A DNA stretch of 25,091 nt, from IMG/VR virus record IMGVR_UViG_3300037424_002602, positions 1-25,091 of that record. The stretch is one strand, 5' to 3'. Positions 17,471-25,091 of the stretch are shown in pieces. The notes under the pieces are model-generated. The model did no database searches. It was not told the DNA's origin and saw nothing but the letters and a program-made list of their open reading frames with translations. Source of the stretch: a virus (Duplodnaviria; Caudoviricetes). The position numbers and the translations under genes were made by a program. Each line of letters begins with the position of its first letter. The first letter of the stretch is position 1.

Positions 17471-19042
17471 TTATTCTCCAAATATCAATTTAGCTTCAAA
17501 TTGTCTACGCTTCACAAGGCCAGGAAGAACTTTTCCACTTGCTTTTGTACGACCTAGAAGATACTGTTTCGCTTGACCCATATCACCTTGTTTCATTAAT
17601 TTAAGTAGATTCTTAGCTTTACCAGGCCCTAAATTATAACTGAATGATAATATACCATTCCATTGATCATCACTTAAATTATCGGGCGCATATTTTTGAA
17701 GAATATTTCTATCTTTGTTAATATGAGCTTCCATTAATTTTGTAGCTTGTTCTGGGGATATAGACCCATTAGGTCCAGGGGCCTTTGTGCCATACCCATA
17801 ACTGTATTGTTTATGGTCCCAGTAGGGCTTTTCTGAGAAACTCTCAAATTGTTTTACAATATCGGACGGAAGTTGTGTACTCTTGTTAGCATATAATTGG
17901 GCATTAGATTGAACATGTGCCCAATCGCCCAATTCGCCAAATCCTTTCCAGTTTCCTCCAGAAGATAGTTCTGGGTATTTTTGTACCTCACTCATTAAAT
18001 CATTCCTGAATGCTTTTATCTTATCTAGATGTTTTTCATCCCAGCCATACCGTTTGTCGATAATGTCAATTGCATTTCCAGACAGATGCTTGCTGTTCAT
18101 TGTCTTTGAATAACCTTGGGCAACTTTTCCAGCTTGCTCTTGCTGTGTTCGGTTCGCTTCGGCGATTGTTGGCTGCCAGCCTTTTGCTCTTAAACCTTTC
18201 ATAATTTCAGGAGCATATTTCTCAATATATGGATTCATATTACTGTAGTCTGCATTAGGAGACGTGTAATTCATTAATCCTGGTGTGATAGCAGGTTCAA
18301 CGTAACTTTGGGACTTTGGGATCTGATCTTGTGCTGCCCCCATATTTGGTATAGAGGGCATTTGACTCATGCCTCCCCCACCTGGAATTTGAGGAATGCT
18401 GGATTCCCCTCCCATCGGGGTCATTTGGGGGGCGTCAAAACTTGCCTGTCCTTTTGCTTCGGTAAGGCCCATCCCTTTTCCAAGGAGCTTTGTGGCTTTT
18501 AGGAAATCAAAGCGAATGGGATCTGGCAAATTCTCATACAATTTATTATAATAAGAATTATCTTTCATTAATTGTTTATGAGTGTTTGATTGTAATAATT
18601 CATTCATTTGGCTTGTTATGGAGCCTAGGCTTTGAGGCCTCCATCCTAATGCAGGTCCCCCTGGGACACTACGAGGGTTCATGCCTTCTGGAATCTGTAC
18701 AGGCCCTTGCTGCCCCATAGGCCCGCCTTGAGGCATAGGGGGAGCCATTTTCGGAGGAGTGGGGACTGAACTCTGCCCCATATTAGGAGCAATGTTTGGA
18801 TACTGACTTTGCGGACCGCCCCCTGCCCCTCCTTGTCGTCCCATATCAGGAGCAATTCTTCCCCCCATGGCTGGATTAGCCCCGCCTTGTGGGATTTGTA
18901 ATCCTGCTGATCTAGGTTGACTAAGAGCACTTAATATTCCATTTCCTCCTCCGCCACCGCCTCCGGCTGATGGTCTCCATCCTGAACTTCCTCCGGCTCC
19001 GCCTTTAGAGCCTCCGCCTCCTCCACTACTCTGACCACCCAT
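17471..19042 (-). CDS. Virion-associated peptidoglycan hydrolase: low-complexity N-terminus + M15 peptidase + GH24 lysozyme
   Basis: M15 motifs: R(TQQEQ)...SKHLSGNAIDI...GGNW...DWAHVQ. Lysozyme motifs: QFESFSEKPYWD..QYSYGYGT...SFSYNLG...GKVLPGLVKRRQFEA. Confidence 0.85.
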   Translation of the reverse strand: MGGQSSGGGGGSKGGAGGSSGWRPSAGGGGGGGNGILSALSQPRSAGLQIPQGGANPAMGGRIAPDMGRQGGAGGGPQSQYPNIAPNMGQSSVPTPPKMAPPMPQGGPMGQQGPVQIPEGMNPRSVPGGPALGWRPQSLGSITSQMNELLQSNTHKQLMKDNSYYNKLYENLPDPIRFDFLKATKLLGKGMGLTEAKGQASFDAPQMTPMGGESSIPQIPGGGGMSQMPSIPNMGAAQDQIPKSQSYVEPAITPGLMNYTSPNADYSNMNPYIEKYAPEIMKGLRAKGWQPTIAEANRTQQEQAGKVAQGYSKTMNSKHLSGNAIDIIDKRYGWDEKHLDKIKAFRNDLMSEVQKYPELSSGGNWKGFGELGDWAHVQSNAQLYANKSTQLPSDIVKQFESFSEKPYWDHKQYSYGYGTKAPGPNGSISPEQATKLMEAHINKDRNILQKYAPDNLSDDQWNGILSFSYNLGPGKAKNLLKLMKQGDMGQAKQYLLGRTKASGKVLPGLVKRRQFEAKLIFGE

Positions 19043-20328
19043 TATCTACCCCCTTGCATCTGTTGTAATCTTTGCATAACTTCTTCTCGTGTTCGGCCAG
19101 GATTGGCTCGTAACACACTCTGGACATATTCTTCCGACGCCCCACCTACTTGAGGGGGCGAGCCTTGTTGGGAGGGAGTTGTATCAACACCTTGAGATAG
19201 TGCTTCTTTTGATAAGCCCATATCGGCGGTGTACCTTGATTTAATAGAGTTTACCGCACCTTTAAATTCAGACTGGGACATGTCCCCACTTAAGAAGAAT
19301 CTTCGTAATTCGGCCAACTCTTTAAGGGCAGCTTGGGCACCGGTTATGTGCTTTCTGTAACGCTGGAAGAATTGTTCTGTTTGATTTAGGAATTCTGTGC
19401 CCTTAGCTAAATACTCTCCCCTTTCTTTCTTATCCATTCCAGTAAATATATCAGCAGCTTTTTCAGCTACGCCTCCAACTACAGGATACCCCTGAAGCCG
19501 TTCGGATTTCTTGGAGACCCACAAATCCTGAGCCCCTTTTGTGGTGAGATAAGTTTGATCAAATGTCTTTTCAATATCTCCTAAGGATGTATAATCTTTT
19601 TGCATCTGTAGGAGATCTTTTTGTTGATCTGTCTTGGTAGTGGGAGTAAGCCCTTGTGATTCATATATTAAATTCACTGTAGTTTCATCATATATTTTTC
19701 GACTCCCTCCTGAGCTCTCTCCTCCCATAATCTTCTGATAGCCTGCCGCTTTACCACTCATCGCTGCAAGGGATTTAGCGGTCATTACCACTTGATTGTG
19801 GTCCATCTCAACGAATTTCTTACCCTGGTCTTCGTCAATTAATCCAGCCTTTACCAGGCCATTAATTGTCCCTACTTTATTGTCATTCCAAGTTTTAGGG
19901 TCCATTTGTGCAATAGTGAAAGATGCCACTTGTGTGGCTTGTAATTGCTGGGCAGAACTTTCTTTAGCCATGTCCATGGAATGTTTATTGAGTTGCAATT
20001 CAAATAACTGTTTCGCCCTTTCACTTTGTTCTTTTCGTTCCGCCATAGCGGCCTGCATTTGCTGCTGCTTTAAGCCAAAGTCCCTATCTTTGTTAGACTG
20101 CTCTTGAGCAGCGGCTTTCTGTCCTTGCTGTTGACTCATAAAGTCTTGGAAAGTTTTAGCACTCATCTGTTGATTGAATTGCTGTTGCTGCATATTCTGT
20201 CCACGAGCTTTTAAATAAGCATTTGCAGGGGACTCTAATCCCAGGTTACCTACACGTGTTCCCGCTAATGATGCTAAACCTGCAAAATTTCCAGGGCTAA
20301 CTCCCACCTGTCCCATATTAATTGACAT
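19042..20328 (-). CDS. Putative DNA ejection protein (P22 gp20 position)
   Basis: Gln-rich coiled-coil N-terminus, located between the gp7-like and gp16-position genes, TAATG-coupled on both sides. Confidence 0.6.
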   Translation of the reverse strand: MSINMGQVGVSPGNFAGLASLAGTRVGNLGLESPANAYLKARGQNMQQQQFNQQMSAKTFQDFMSQQQGQKAAAQEQSNKDRDFGLKQQQMQAAMAERKEQSERAKQLFELQLNKHSMDMAKESSAQQLQATQVASFTIAQMDPKTWNDNKVGTINGLVKAGLIDEDQGKKFVEMDHNQVVMTAKSLAAMSGKAAGYQKIMGGESSGGSRKIYDETTVNLIYESQGLTPTTKTDQQKDLLQMQKDYTSLGDIEKTFDQTYLTTKGAQDLWVSKKSERLQGYPVVGGVAEKAADIFTGMDKKERGEYLAKGTEFLNQTEQFFQRYRKHITGAQAALKELAELRRFFLSGDMSQSEFKGAVNSIKSRYTADMGLSKEALSQGVDTTPSQQGSPPQVGGASEEYVQSVLRANPGRTREEVMQRLQQMQGGR

Positions 20329-21836
20329 TATACAAATCCTCCAATTAAGCTACCCGCTTGGCCAAGCATTTGCCCGGCTCCTCCTTTATCTCCACCTCCG
20401 CCTCCGGCAGAGTTTGCAGATTGGGAAGCGGCATTAGCAGCGGCAATCTGCGCCTGAATAGCAGCGGATTGCATTATGTTACTGCTCTGCGCGGCCCCAG
20501 TATTAAGTAAACTACTAGCCCCAAAGACTCCTTGACTGCCAAATAAATTAGCAATATTCGAGCCCGTTTGACCGGTCATGTTAGCTAAGCTGGTTCCAGT
20601 TTGCAGTCCCGCTCCGCCCAATAATTGACCTAAAGTCATATCATTTGCTGACATCTGTCCTGCAGCTTGTGCTCCAGCTCCTGCTACACCTTGTATTCTA
20701 TTAGTCCAATCTGAGAAGAGCCCCATATTTTGGGCTAGATTGCGTTGATAATTTTGATCTGCCAGTCCCTGGGAGAACTGTTCAATGTCCCTCATTCCCC
20801 TTCCAGACTCTAATAAGCCTCTCTTAGATTGGTCGAATTGTAATTGTCGTAAGCCTTCATCTTGCGCAAATTGATAGCCTGGATCAAAACGGAATCGTTC
20901 TGTAGGATCTAAACTAGCATCTAAGACGCCAGGATCATTCCCGAAGGCTAGCCTGTATGGAGCTGTATCAAAGAATTGTTCGAGGACGGATTCGGGGGTA
21001 GCCCGTATAATTGGAGCGGGAGGGGCATACTGATTAATATCTAATTTGAATAAGAAATCATTAAAGTCTTGTAGACCTGGATTAGCCTGAGCTTGAGCAA
21101 GCGTAAACCACAAATTAGGATTATTGAAGTCTTCTAATTGCGCTCGCAGACTTACTTCTTCATTATGTAACGCCGTATTTGTGGGGTCGGCTGCCATCTG
21201 CCTAAGAATTTCATTTCTTCGTTGTTGAAGAGGCGCTGCATATTGTTGATTGAAGAATTTGCCATGGGGGAGCCCTAATGAGCCCACCATTTTTTCGATT
21301 TGCTCAAATGGGACATCTTCGAACCCTAGAAGTTTGTCTTGTGGGTTGAGTCCTAGTAGAGGGTCAAATCCTCCGCCTTGTCCCGTGAACCCACCAGTGT
21401 AAGCATTTCGGACTAAGTTGCCGGTTGTATCAAAAAACCCTGGTAGATTATTCGCTAGCTCCTCAAAGGTCCCTAAACGAAATTGAGATCCTGTGTTTCC
21501 AGATCCTTGCTCATTCCAGTTAAATACCGGGTCCGTGCCGTAGTTGGCGCGCATAAAGCCCGTTAAGGACTGCCTAACAGCGTCTTGCCATGTGTCGGCA
21601 GTGATAGGAGCTCCCGCTCTGTATTCGTCTTTGATCGATAAAAATGAGTCTAATTGATTCGCTAAGGGATCGGCTTGCCCGAGTATTCCGAGGCCCATGT
21701 CCCCCCACGACCATTGATTAGGGGCAACTTGTGGTACATCCCCATGTGTCATGAAAGACTGAGTAGCTGGGTCAAAATATAAAGGAGAATCTGGAACTTG
21801 AATCCAACTAGACGGTACCGGTGCTTGATTATTCAT
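20328..21836 (-). CDS. DNA ejection protein with gp7-like C-terminal half
   Basis: DPGYQFAQDEG...RGLLESG...FSQGLADQNY followed by a G/A/N/Q-rich tail ending GSLIGGFV, typical of gp7-like DNA transfer proteins. Confidence 0.7.
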   Translation of the reverse strand: MNNQAPVPSSWIQVPDSPLYFDPATQSFMTHGDVPQVAPNQWSWGDMGLGILGQADPLANQLDSFLSIKDEYRAGAPITADTWQDAVRQSLTGFMRANYGTDPVFNWNEQGSGNTGSQFRLGTFEELANNLPGFFDTTGNLVRNAYTGGFTGQGGGFDPLLGLNPQDKLLGFEDVPFEQIEKMVGSLGLPHGKFFNQQYAAPLQQRRNEILRQMAADPTNTALHNEEVSLRAQLEDFNNPNLWFTLAQAQANPGLQDFNDFLFKLDINQYAPPAPIIRATPESVLEQFFDTAPYRLAFGNDPGVLDASLDPTERFRFDPGYQFAQDEGLRQLQFDQSKRGLLESGRGMRDIEQFSQGLADQNYQRNLAQNMGLFSDWTNRIQGVAGAGAQAAGQMSANDMTLGQLLGGAGLQTGTSLANMTGQTGSNIANLFGSQGVFGASSLLNTGAAQSSNIMQSAAIQAQIAAANAASQSANSAGGGGGDKGGAGQMLGQAGSLIGGFV

Positions 21837-21839
21837 TCA

Positions 21840-22745
21840 TTAACTCCTTTGGTACGTAGCTGTCGGTACAGCCCCTTGTGTGGATACGCCACCTCGTATT
21901 GCATTCAAAATAGATTGCATATTTGCCGGTACCCTATTATTCTGGGTTTGGTTGTAGAATGGCATAGCATTCCCTAGATATTGATTAAAGCTTTGGGCGT
22001 ATAAATCATTACTAAATCGTCCTAAGTCATTAGCAATATTACCTAATATTGACGGAATACCTCGTTGTTCTCCTGTTAATCCTCCCTCTTCATCAATCTG
22101 TCCACCTAAGGTTTTCAATTCTGGATTTGTAAAATCAGTTCTAAATCGATCCTGCGCTCCCGTTATTCCCATTTGTTCTAGGGCTCGCATAATCCCCATT
22201 GGATTTCCCCCTGATTGAATGCTGCTCATAAGATTCATCTTATCCTGTCCGGATATTTTATTCCCTAACGAATCCATCATGGACATTCCTTGGTTTGTCA
22301 ACGCCTGCCTGGCAGCCTCTTGTTTGGCTTTCATTTCACCCGCAGCCGCAACCGCGGAGCTGCCCGCGGCAAAGCGAGGCAGTCCTAATATATCTTGATA
22401 CGTGTCTAACGCCCCATATCCCGCTTCTGCAAAGGGTTTTAGCTTAGCTTGAGCAAGGCCATGTCCCTTTTCAAAATCAATTCTCGCTCTACCTTCTGCT
22501 TCCATAACATCTTTACGAGATTGTGTATAAAAATTCTTCAGTGCCTCGATTGCGAATTGGGTTCCCCGTTCTGAATATGGGATCGCTTGTTCTAATGCTC
22601 TATCTAACACTTCATTTGCGGAGCTTGCAAACGCGGTTGAATCAAATTCAATCATCGCAGCTTCCCCCTCACCTCCTCCACCTCCAGAAGAACTGAGAAG
22701 TGATCCCCCTAATGCCGCTGCTCCACCTATCGCTGCTCCACCCAT
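21840..22745 (-). CDS. DNA ejection protein with gp7-like N-terminal half
   Basis: MGGAAIGGAAALGGSLL then LKPFAEAGYGALDTYQDILGL. Directly follows the GNAT gene. Confidence 0.65.
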   Translation of the reverse strand: MGGAAIGGAAALGGSLLSSSGGGGGEGEAAMIEFDSTAFASSANEVLDRALEQAIPYSERGTQFAIEALKNFYTQSRKDVMEAEGRARIDFEKGHGLAQAKLKPFAEAGYGALDTYQDILGLPRFAAGSSAVAAAGEMKAKQEAARQALTNQGMSMMDSLGNKISGQDKMNLMSSIQSGGNPMGIMRALEQMGITGAQDRFRTDFTNPELKTLGGQIDEEGGLTGEQRGIPSILGNIANDLGRFSNDLYAQSFNQYLGNAMPFYNQTQNNRVPANMQSILNAIRGGVSTQGAVPTATYQRS

Positions 22746-23173
22746 TATTCCTTCTCCGCGTAAATTAACATATCCCCATCCTTATATCCATTCGGAATTC
22801 TCCCCACAAAATCCCAATCAAATGCTTTCATTAATCTCAAAACCTTTTCTTTTTTGCTCGAAAACATAGTCATTAATTTAACATTATTCTGAGCCTTAAT
22901 GAGCTCCATAGCTGCCTTTACAAGCCGTGACGATTCGTCACGGTACGGAGAATACACGCCTCCATGCCAGGCCCACACATTTTCTGTCTCAATTTGACAG
23001 ATAATCAATCCTTTATATACACCATCTTCGGCACCAAGATACCACCTGGAAGAAATTAAATTCGGAACCCATCCGTCAAGAGTGTCAATGGTGAGAATAT
23101 CCTTATATATCTCCTCTTCTTGCAATGCCCCATATAATACTTGAAGATCTGTTATCGGTTCAACTGTTATCAT
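22745..23173 (-). CDS. GNAT-fold protein (P22 gp14-like virion assembly factor)
   Basis: 142 aa, with WHGGVYSPYR...LMKAFDWDFVGRIP...GDMLIY GNAT-like layout. Lies between the needle-position and gp7-like genes. Confidence 0.7.
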   Translation of the reverse strand: MITVEPITDLQVLYGALQEEEIYKDILTIDTLDGWVPNLISSRWYLGAEDGVYKGLIICQIETENVWAWHGGVYSPYRDESSRLVKAAMELIKAQNNVKLMTMFSSKKEKVLRLMKAFDWDFVGRIPNGYKDGDMLIYAEKE

Positions 23174-23841
23174 TACAATGCCCTTAATACTTGGTAATAT
23201 AATTCATGATCACTACTAGGATCGCCACTGAATGTCACTGTTATTGTGTCCGCACTTGTTGCACTTGTTAATATTGTACGAGGGGTAGACCCTCGAACTT
23301 TTAATTCAACAAACACTAAATCCGTTGACAGCACTCCAGTTACTGTAATATCCTCTGCTGCCGCTCCGCCTACAGTGGTATGCTCTCCGGCGAATACAAT
23401 GACATGACTCACTGCCTCGCCATTTACCGTCAAGGAATCTACTTCTGTTGCATCGGATGTTAATGTGCCTACAGTTGCATTGCCTGTATTCAGTGTGCCC
23501 GTAGTGACAAAATTGTCCGTTGCATTTGTCCAATCAATGTGCTCATTAGCCACATAATTAGCTAAGGCATCATGATCGATGTTTGATTCAGTAACAGTTA
23601 GGGTAATATTCCCACTTACCCCATTCCCATTTGTAACCATTAATCGGTTATTAGCAGAAGACACACTTCTGGAAACAAAGTCAGATCCTGTATATACAAT
23701 AAACCCAGCAACACTAGGAATAATTACAGTCTCTGATGCAAATAATCGGAAATATCTGTGCCAGACATTTGCCATAGTGCCATTGGGGTTTACAACTGGG
23801 GTTGTGATTGACGGGAGCTTAGAGGCAATTACGTCAGCCAT
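23173..23841 (-). CDS. Tail-associated protein (tail needle, gp26 position)
   Basis: N-terminal P.VNPNGTMANVWHRYF motif typical of genes following gp10-like hubs, then VTNGNGVSGNITL and a beta-rich C-terminal domain. Confidence 0.6.
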   Translation of the reverse strand: MADVIASKLPSITTPVVNPNGTMANVWHRYFRLFASETVIIPSVAGFIVYTGSDFVSRSVSSANNRLMVTNGNGVSGNITLTVTESNIDHDALANYVANEHIDWTNATDNFVTTGTLNTGNATVGTLTSDATEVDSLTVNGEAVSHVIVFAGEHTTVGGAAAEDITVTGVLSTDLVFVELKVRGSTPRTILTSATSADTITVTFSGDPSSDHELYYQVLRAL

Positions 23842-25091
23842 TAGATGTAACTTCCTATTGTACCCTTAACTACTGCGCTAATTATAGCACATGAAACGGG
23901 ATCTGACAAGCGAAATCTGAATGCCCAATGATCCGACTGCCCTAGATTGTAAATTCGGGCCTTATTGGCATATTTCCCTAAAGCCCCTAATTCAATCCAT
24001 GTTTCATCATTCCATGTTAAACCTCCATCCTTGGAGGTTTGTAACATAAGACGGGGATTACTTCCTTGACCTGTCGTAGCCCCGAATCCTGCATTAATGT
24101 CCAATTCCAGGACATTTACTGACACCGGCTTTAATTCCTGCACAAAGTCGATTGTCGTTCGCTCGCGAATAATTGGTAAATCATCTTCTGTGTATGTATC
24201 ATAATCCTCTACGAATATCTTTCCTAAGTAGCGGTCCCCAAATAAATTCAATCCATGCCAATTTGTATAGCAGCTTCCCCTAAACATTCCGTTATCTCTG
24301 CTGCCGTCATTATTCATAAAAGGCTTTAAGCTCTTTCGTTCATGGAATTCGTTGTTCACTTGTTGATATACAAATGTTGTATCCGCAGATGGGATATGTA
24401 AGAAATACATTAAATGTCCATCTTTAGTATATTGGGTGTAGGCCGTGGCATCTTCTAAGTGGGTGAACTTCCCAATGTCCCATGCCAATGTATTGGGGGA
24501 GAGCTGCTGTATCTGGAAATCATTACTTATCTGAAAAATGGCCGGTTGGCCTGATTCACTTGTTCCCAGAAAGATAATACCGTTAACATATGATGCAACA
24601 GAATGGGGAGAGATTATTCCATATTTTAGAGATGTTCCCTCACGTGACACAAATGGTGTAGTGCCATCATTTAAATATATTTGAATCGTTTGAGAGCCAA
24701 AGCAATATAAATCATCTCGAAAAGCTACAACCCGCAAGACGGGATCGGCTCTATAGGTTGGTGTGAACACATCTGCACCAGACCATGAATCAGTATCATT
24801 AACAACTGAAAAATGGACACGCCCGATATCTGCTGAGGTATTTGGGAAATCCACATCCGATATCGCTGCTAAAGTATTTGTACTTAGATCGAAAATATTG
24901 CCAATTAAATTACCATTATTAGTAACAATCGTAAACCCGTTTAAATACTCTGCTGCACTTCCCCCATCAAATATCCCCAATTGATTGTTTGTGTTTACGG
25001 TGAAATACACTGGCAGTGTACTACCAACTGCATTAGGTAACGTGCCCCTATTTGTATAGGACTTATCCGCAAAGATCTCATACAAATCATC
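23841..25091 (-). CDS. Tail hub / packaged-DNA stabilisation protein (P22 gp10-like), 5'-truncated by the window edge
   Basis: The frame is open to 25091 (GAT GAT TTG). ISDVDFP, FGSQTIQI, YTKDGHLMYFL, GQGSNPRLMLQTSKDGGLTW, LGALGKY, FRFRLSDPV. Confidence 0.88.
   Translation of the reverse strand, partial: DDLYEIFADKSYTNRGTLPNAVGSTLPVYFTVNTNNQLGIFDGGSAAEYLNGFTIVTNNGNLIGNIFDLSTNTLAAISDVDFPNTSADIGRVHFSVVNDTDSWSGADVFTPTYRADPVLRVVAFRDDLYCFGSQTIQIYLNDGTTPFVSREGTSLKYGIISPHSVASYVNGIIFLGTSESGQPAIFQISNDFQIQQLSPNTLAWDIGKFTHLEDATAYTQYTKDGHLMYFLHIPSADTTFVYQQVNNEFHERKSLKPFMNNDGSRDNGMFRGSCYTNWHGLNLFGDRYLGKIFVEDYDTYTEDDLPIIRERTTIDFVQELKPVSVNVLELDINAGFGATTGQGSNPRLMLQTSKDGGLTWNDETWIELGALGKYANKARIYNLGQSDHWAFRFRLSDPVSCAIISAVVKGTIGSYI

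Larger units (their letters stand above)
1..25091. mobile_element. Bacteriophage genome segment (PolA-type replication arm convergent with a P22-like tail/ejection arm)
   Basis: Dense ORFs with overlapping start/stop codons in two strand blocks. Phage-type PolA, exonuclease, HNH, tail hub, ejection proteins, lysozyme domain and tail fibre are present. No integrase or flanking host housekeeping operon is visible. Confidence 0.95.

Noticed and set aside
14277-24984. Plus-strand and alternate-frame ORFs in the structural arm (e.g. 14277-14675, 19796-20107, 23306-23533)
   Set aside because: They lie entirely or almost entirely within structural genes and are explained by codon bias of the real frame.
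1-25091. tRNA genes or stop-codon reassignment
   Set aside because: No cloverleaf is recognisable in the few short gaps. All three stop codons end genes, and conserved proteins are full-length in the standard code.

Overview
This window is a fragment of a tailed dsDNA phage genome with podovirus-type tail genes, probably infecting a Proteobacterium. It has two convergent arms that meet with a 6-bp overlap at 13593-13598. The + arm (1-13598) carries replication, nucleotide-metabolism and accessory genes: a family A DNA polymerase truncated at the left edge, a DUF5664-type dATP/dGTP diphosphohydrolase-like protein, a minimal nucleotidyltransferase, a complete PrkA/YeaG - YeaH - SpoVR/YcgB set with a calcineurin-like phosphoesterase inside it, an SSB-like protein, a 5'-3' exonuclease, an HNH nuclease, small unknown ORFs and dCTP deaminase. 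The - arm (13593-25091) is a virion module in P22-like order: gp10-like hub truncated at the right edge, needle-position protein, gp14-like GNAT, ejection proteins, a two-domain peptidoglycan hydrolase, a tail fibre and a small fibre-associated protein. The most notable items are the phage-borne PrkA-YeaH-phosphoesterase-SpoVR module with two structured intergenic elements, an apparent in-frame swap of two adjacent segments in the gp10-like gene, an apparently split gp7-like ejection protein, and an M15 peptidase + lysozyme fusion. All family assignments come from motif recognition by eye; no searches were run.
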